From Macrostomum lignano (lineage: Eukaryota): DNA of 64,000 nucleotides. The notes under the pieces were generated by a model. It saw only the letters and a list, made by a program, of their open reading frames with translations. It had not been told where the DNA came from and searched no databases. This document shows, piece after piece, positions 58,125 to 64,000 of this stretch. The translations under genes and the position numbers were made by a program. The DNA lies in contig NIVC01002146.1 of the NCBI GenBank assembly GCA_002269645.1, forward strand, positions 1 to 64,000, read 5' to 3'. Numbering within the stretch: position 1 is the first letter of the stretch; each line of letters begins with the position of its first letter.

Positions 58125-60815
58125 AGTCAGTCAGTCAGTCAGTCAGTCAGTCAGTCAGTCAGTCAGTCAGTCAGTCAGTCAGTCAGTCAGTCAGTCAGTC
58201 AGTCAGTCAGTCAGTCAGTCAGTCAGTCAGTCAGTCAGTCAGTCAGTCAGTCAGTCAGTCAGTCAGTCAGTCAGTCAGTCAGTCAGTCAGTCAGTCAGTC
58301 AGTCAGTCAGTCAGTCAGTCAGTCAGTCAGTCAGTCAGTCAGTCAGTCAGTCAGTCAGTCAGTCAGTCAGTCAGTCAGTCAGTCAGTCAGTCAGTCAGTC
58401 AGTCAGTCAGTCAGTCAGTCAGTCAGTCAGTCAGTCAGTCAGTCAGTCAGTCAGTCAGTCAGTCAGTCAGTCAGTCAGTCAGTCAGTCAGTCAGTCAGTC
58501 AGTCAGTCAGTCAGTCAGTCAGTCAGTCAGTCAGTCAGTCAGTCAGTCAGTCAGTCAGTCAGTCAGTCAGTCAGTCAGTCAGTCAGTCAGTCAGTCAGTC
58601 AGTCAGTCAGTCAGTCAGTCAGTCAGTCAGTCAGTCAGTCAGTCAGTCAGTCAGTCAGTCAGTCAGTCAGTCAGTCAGTCAGTCAGTCAGTCAGTCAGTC
58701 AGTCAGTCAGTCAGTCAGTCAGTCAGTCAGTCAGTCAGTCAGTCAGTCAGTCAGTCAGTCAGTCAGTCAGTCAGTCAGTCAGTCAGTCAGTCAGTCAGTC
58801 AGTCAGTCAGTCAGTCAGTCAGTCAGTCAGTCAGTCAGTCAGTCAGTCAGTCAGTCAGTCAGTCAGTCAGTCAGTCAGTCAGTCAGTCAGTCAGTCAGTC
58901 AGTCAGTCAGTCAGTCAGTCAGTCAGTCAGTCAGTCAGTCAGTCAGTCAGTCAGTCAGTCAGTCAGTCAGTCAGTCAGTCAGTCAGTCAGTCAGTCAGTC
59001 AGTCAGTCAGTCAGTCAGTCAGTCAGTCAGTCAGTCAGTCAGTCAGTCAGTCAGTCAGTCAGTCAGTCAGTCAGTCAGTCAGTCAGTCAGTCAGTCAGTC
59101 AGTCAGTCAGTCAGTCAGTCAGTCAGTCAGTCAGTCAGTCAGTCAGTCAGTCAGTCAGTCAGTCAGTCAGTCAGTCAGTCAGTCAGTCAGTCAGTCAGTC
59201 AGTCAGTCAGTCAGTCAGTCAGTCAGTCAGTCAGTCAGTCAGTCAGTCAGTCAGTCAGTCAGTCAGTCAGTCAGTCAGTCAGTCAGTCAGTCAGTCAGTC
59301 AGTCAGTCAGTCAGTCAGTCAGTCAGTCAGTCAGTCAGTCAGTCAGTCAGTCAGTCAGTCAGTCAGTCAGTCAGTCAGTCAGTCAGTCAGTCAGTCAGTC
59401 AGTCAGTCAGTCAGTCAGTCAGTCAGTCAGTCAGTCAGTCAGTCAGTCAGTCAGTCAGTCAGTCAGTCAGTCAGTCAGTCAGTCAGTCAGTCAGTCAGTC
59501 AGTCAGTCAGTCAGTCAGTCAGTCAGTCAGTCAGTCAGTCAGTCAGTCAGTCAGTCAGTCAGTCAGTCAGTCAGTCAGTCAGTCAGTCAGTCAGTCAGTC
59601 AGTCAGTCAGTCAGTCAGTCAGTCAGTCAGTCAGTCAGTCAGTCAGTCAGTCAGTCAGTCAGTCAGTCAGTCAGTCAGTCAGTCAGTCAGTCAGTCAGTC
59701 AGTCAGTCAGTCAGTCAGTCAGTCAGTCAGTCAGTCAGTCAGTCAGTCAGTCAGTCAGTCAGTCAGTCAGTCAGTCAGTCAGTCAGTCAGTCAGTCAGTC
59801 AGTCAGTCAGTCAGTCAGTCAGTCAGTCAGTCAGTCAGTCAGTCAGTCAGTCAGTCAGTCAGTCAGTCAGTCAGTCAGTCAGTCAGTCAGTCAGTCAGTC
59901 AGTCAGTCAGTCAGTCAGTCAGTCAGTCAGTCAGTCAGTCAGTCAGTCAGTCAGTCAGTCAGTCAGTCAGTCAGTCAGTCAGTCAGTCAGTCAGTCAGTC
60001 AGTCAGTCAGTCAGTCAGTCAGTCAGTCAGTCAGTCAGTCAGTCAGTCAGTCAGTCAGTCAGTCAGTCAGTCAGTCAGTCAGTCAGTCAGTCAGTCAGTC
60101 AGTCAGTCAGTCAGTCAGTCAGTCAGTCAGTCAGTCAGTCAGTCAGTCAGTCAGTCAGTCAGTCAGTCAGTCAGTCAGTCAGTCAGTCAGTCAGTCAGTC
60201 AGTCAGTCAGTCAGTCAGTCAGTCAGTCAGTCAGTCAGTCAGTCAGTCAGTCAGTCAGTCAGTCAGTCAGTCAGTCAGTCAGTCAGTCAGTCAGTCAGTC
60301 AGTCAGTCAGTCAGTCAGTCAGTCAGTCAGTCAGTCAGTCAGTCAGTCAGTCAGTCAGTCAGTCAGTCAGTCAGTCAGTCAGTCAGTCAGTCAGTCAGTC
60401 AGTCAGTCAGTCAGTCAGTCAGTCAGTCAGTCAGTCAGTCAGTCAGTCAGTCAGTCAGTCAGTCAGTCAGTCAGTCAGTCAGTCAGTCAGTCAGTCAGTC
60501 AGTCAGTCAGTCAGTCAGTCAGTCAGTCAGTCAGTCAGTCAGTCAGTCAGTCAGTCAGTCAGTCAGTCAGTCAGTCAGTCAGTCAGTCAGTCAGTCAGTC
60601 AGTCAGTCAGTCAGTCAGTCAGTCAGTCAGTCAGTCAGTCAGTCAGTCAGTCAGTCAGTCAGTCAGTCAGTCAGTCAGTCAGTCAGTCAGTCAGTCAGTC
60701 AGTCAGTCAGTCAGTCAGTCAGTCAGTCAGTCAGTCAGTCAGTCAGTCAGTCAGTCAGTCAGTCAGTCAGTCAGTCAGTCAGTCAGTCAGTCAGTCAGTC
60801 AGTCAGTCAGTCAGT
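58125..60815. repeat. Perfect (AGTC)n microsatellite, about 2.69 kb, about 672 copies
   Basis: Uninterrupted tetranucleotide run. Confidence 0.99.
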
Positions 60816-61059
60816 TAACTCACTAGTATTTAAATAACTGACTGACTGCAGAGAGCACAGCTCGAATTCAGTGGAACTTGAGTTCCCTGGGAAATCCTCA
60901 GACTCAGTGGGAGGTCTTGTCTGATCAGTGGAGTGAAAGTTAATCCTTGAAAGTCGAAGTCGTGAAAGAGTTTTTTCCTGCCGAGTGGATGCAGAGCAGA
61001 GTTCAGTTTAACTGTGAGATCAACTCGGGGGATTCTGCACCGGCTTACAATATACCTGC

Positions 61060-61497
61060 TATTAATTTAGTGTACATGCTATTAAATTAGTGTACCTGCC
61101 ATTAATTTAGTGTGCCTGCCATTAATTTAGTGTACCTGCCATTAATTTAGTGTACCTGCCATTAATTTAGTGTACCTGCCATTAATTTAGTGTACCTGCC
61201 ATTAATTTAGTGTACCTGCCATTAATTTAGTGTACCTGCCATTAATTTAGTGTGCCTGCTATTAATTTAGTGTACCTGCCATTAATTTAGTGTGCCTGCT
61301 ATTAATTTAGTGTGCCTGCTATTAATTTAGTGTACCTGCTATTAATTTAGTGTACCTGCCATTAATTTAGTGTGCCTGCTATTAATTTAGTGTACCTGCT
61401 ATTAATTTAGTGTGCCTGCTATTAATTTAGTGTACCTGCTATTAATTTAGTGTACCTGCCATTAATTTAGTGTACCTGCTATTAATTTAGTGTACCC
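61060..61497. repeat. 20-bp minisatellite, about 22 copies
   Basis: ATTAATTTAGTGTACCTGCC, with variants GTGCCTGCT. Confidence 0.96.
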
Positions 61498-61606
61498 GTG
61501 AATTTCAGACTGACATGAATTCGCGAAAATGTGATGGTAGTTACGTAATGGTGACAAGAAATGTTGTCTTAAAAGATATTGTTTTGGAATACTTAGTTTG
61601 GCGCTG

Positions 61607-61690
61607 CTGGCACTCAGTTTGGCGCCGCTGGCACTCAGTTTGGCGCCGCTGGCACTCAGTTTGGCGCCGCTGGCACTCAGTTTGGCGCCA
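61607..61690. repeat. 21-bp tandem repeat, about 4 copies
   Basis: GCGCCGCTGGCACTCAGTTTG. Confidence 0.92.
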
Positions 61691-62711
61691 CTGGCACTCA
61701 GTTTGGCGCCCGATATTTAACTGGGAGGGACATGCCTCACTCGCGAGGTCCCTGACTCAATTCCAGACTCACCTGCGGCAGCTGTCGGCACCAGAGTCCG
61801 CACCAGGGGGTCAATCGATTCCAGCAGTCAGAACTTTGGTTAGCAATTTTAGTTTTCTCTTGCAGCGATGATAAACACGAAACCGGGATCACGCAGCGCT
61901 GCCATTGGCTGCTGCACATTCAGAGAAGCCCAACGATTCGGTTCTCAATTCCACTGGCTGCCGCGCTAAATATAGATTTTGTTGCTAGGGTCACTAAATC
62001 GCAGAAAAAAGTGACACGTGCTGAATAAACTCTTTAGACAATTCTGGAGCAACAATTTCTGTCAGTTGGAAAATTCAAGCAGCGCTTAAATCCGCCGCGC
62101 TATGGCTGCTTATCAATTTGATTGCTTTGTGGCGAACGCTGCGAGTTGTAGCTTCAAAAATTCAAAAATTGTCAAATTTTTGTAATTTTTTTGACAGGTG
62201 AAAAAGCTCTTCGATTCTCGGTGAGAAAATTTCAATTTTCTGGAATCGGTTTTCTAGTCAAACATTTCCTTCCTATGGGGATATTTTTAGAGTTGCTTAT
62301 CGGGTTTATTAATTAATTAAATTGGCTCAGAAAATAGAAAAGGATTGGGACTAGGTCTACGGAAACAATGTTGCTAACCCGAGGGACACAGGCTGGGGAA
62401 CCAGCTCAGGACACAGACTGTCTGGCTGTCTCTCGGGTGAACAGTCTGTGTCCTGATCTGGCTGGCTGAAAATAACGAACTCTGTTGTTATCAAATTAAA
62501 AAAATATTTTTATTTTCAGCAAAGCCTCAGCTAAACAGGACCTAAAGCTTTCTGAGACAGAGGGAAAATCTAAACGTGTGCTTGGGTCCTCAATGTTGGA
62601 AAATTGAAGGCTATTTCAATGGCGATTTTGGATATTCAAAGAACTCCATCCAACTGAAAATTCCCTAGCTACTAACAGTAGGAAGTTTAGTGTAGTCAAG
62701 CAATCCAGGCG

Positions 62712-62718
62712 TATAAAA
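62712..62718 (+). promoter_or_regulatory. TATA box of the CHP-like gene
   Basis: TATAAAA 69 bp upstream of the ATG. Confidence 0.5.
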
Positions 62719-62780
62719 CACCCTTGGACCAGAGGAACTGCTCTGTCGCGAGCTGTGGCCAGCAAGCAAGCAAGTAGGAC

Positions 62781-63332
62781 ATGGGCAGCCGATTCTCAGT
62801 CCCACTGGACATCCAAGAGATCGATGCGCTGAGCAAGGAGACGGAGCTGTCGGTGCTGCAGCTGAGCAGCTTCTATCGCCGCTTCAACCGGCTGAGCCGC
62901 GGGGAGCCCGTGCTCACCAAGGACGACCTGCTGCGCGAGCAGGACCTCATCACCAACCCGCTGTGCGACCGGATTCTGCACGCCTTCTTTGCCAACGGCC
63001 GTTCGGCGTTGACCTTCGCGGAGTTCGCGCGGCAGCTGGCCGTGTTCAGGCGCAGCAAGCGGCCCTCCAGCCGGGAGGCCAAGCTGCGCTTTCTGTTCTC
63101 CATGCTCGACTTTGGCGGCAGCGGCTTCGTGTCGGCCGCCGAGATGACGGCCTTCCTCATGCTGCTGCTCGGCGACTCCGTCAGCGACGAGCAGCTGGGC
63201 TCCATCTCGCTGCGCTGCCTCTCCGAAGCTGACGACGACGGTGACAATCGGGTGACGTTCGAGGAATTCGCCAAGGCGCTCGGCACGGTGGACATCGAAG
63301 AGCAGATGTGCGTGGCCGCGCTGAATGGCTGA
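62781..63332 (+). CDS. CHP1: Calcineurin B homologous protein (CHP)-like EF-hand protein, single exon, 183 aa
   Basis: N-myristoylation motif MGSRFS, then KETELS..FYRRF..L, NPLCDRILHAFF, SREAKLRFLF, SDEQLGSISLRCLSEADDDGDNRVTFEEF and VDIEEQM. This follows the CHP1 sequence pattern along the whole length. Confidence 0.88.
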   Translation: MGSRFSVPLDIQEIDALSKETELSVLQLSSFYRRFNRLSRGEPVLTKDDLLREQDLITNPLCDRILHAFFANGRSALTFAEFARQLAVFRRSKRPSSREAKLRFLFSMLDFGGSGFVSAAEMTAFLMLLLGDSVSDEQLGSISLRCLSEADDDGDNRVTFEEFAKALGTVDIEEQMCVAALNG

Positions 63333-63504
63333 GCTGCGAATGACCTCAAGTTGGTTTGGTAGCTGGAGTGAATGATTGACTCATTTAAACAAGTAGCAGT
63401 GCATCTAGTTTTGACTCAAATAAACCTGATGGACGTGTGCTCAATCAACAGAACCTTTTAATTAGCCCCTGTTCCAGTGCTCTCCTATTAGAGAGTGAGT
63501 GGCA

Positions 63505-64000
63505 AGCCTGTCTGAGATGTGTGCTCACCTATCAGACAGTGGGTGACAAGCCTGTCTGAGATGTGTGCTCACCTATCAGACAGTGAGTGACAAGCCTGTC
63601 TGAGATGTGTGCTCATCTATCAGACAGTGAGTGACAAGCCTGTCTGAGATGTGTGCTCATCTAGCAGACAGTGAGTGACAAGCCTGTCTGAGATGTGTGC
63701 TCACCTATCAGAGTGAGTGACAAGCCTGTCTGAGATCTGTGCTCACCTATCAGTGAGTGACAAGCCTGTCTGAGATGTGTGCTCATCTAGCAGACAGTGA
63801 GTGACAAGCCTGTCTGAGATGTGTGCTCACCTAGCAGACAGTGAGTGACAAGCCTGTCTGAGATGTGTGCTCACCTAGCAGACAGTGAGTGACAAGCCTG
63901 CCTGAGATGTGTGCTCACCTAGCAGACAGTGAGTGACAAGCCTGTCTGAGATGTGTGCTCATCTATCAGACAGTGAGTGACAAGCCTGTCTGAGATGTGT
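63505..64000. repeat. 44-bp minisatellite running off the window end
   Basis: GACAAGCCTGTCTGAGATGTGTGCTCA(C/T)CTA(T/G)CAGACAGTGAGT, at least 11 copies. Confidence 0.95.

Noticed and set aside
57992-60826. 944-aa and 924-aa poly-SQSV ORFs
   Set aside because: They are translations of the (AGTC)n microsatellite, which has no stop codons on the + strand. There is no coding evidence.

Overview
This is animal genomic DNA. The innexin type, GC-rich coding exons and repeat-filled introns suggest a free-living flatworm such as Macrostomum; that is an inference, not a database result. The window has two very different halves. Positions 1 to about 23.6 kb are nested, mostly decayed transposons: two piggyBac remnants, an RTE-like LINE, a Gypsy pol interrupted by a cleanly bounded Harbinger-type element, two mariner pieces, a CMC/EnSpm transposase with a BEN-domain companion, two I-group LINE copies inserted head-to-tail in one (CAG)n tract, a LOA-like LINE and a Crypton-like tyrosine recombinase fragment. 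From 24.5 kb to 64 kb there are four host genes: a 14-exon aldehyde-oxidase-like molybdo-flavoenzyme (+, 1285 aa, all splice phases consistent), two tandem 3-exon innexins (-) and an intronless CHP-like EF-hand gene (+). Most long introns and spacers here are filled with a different micro- or minisatellite. The most notable observations are apparent (CAG)n targeting by an RNase H-bearing LINE with (AAG)n tails, a 28S rRNA helix-69 fragment (the R2/Pokey target region) inside a MITE-like intronic insert, introns inflated by tandem arrays right up to their splice signals, and arrays whose units carry splice-site or transcription-factor consensus motifs. All of this was read by eye; no searches were run.
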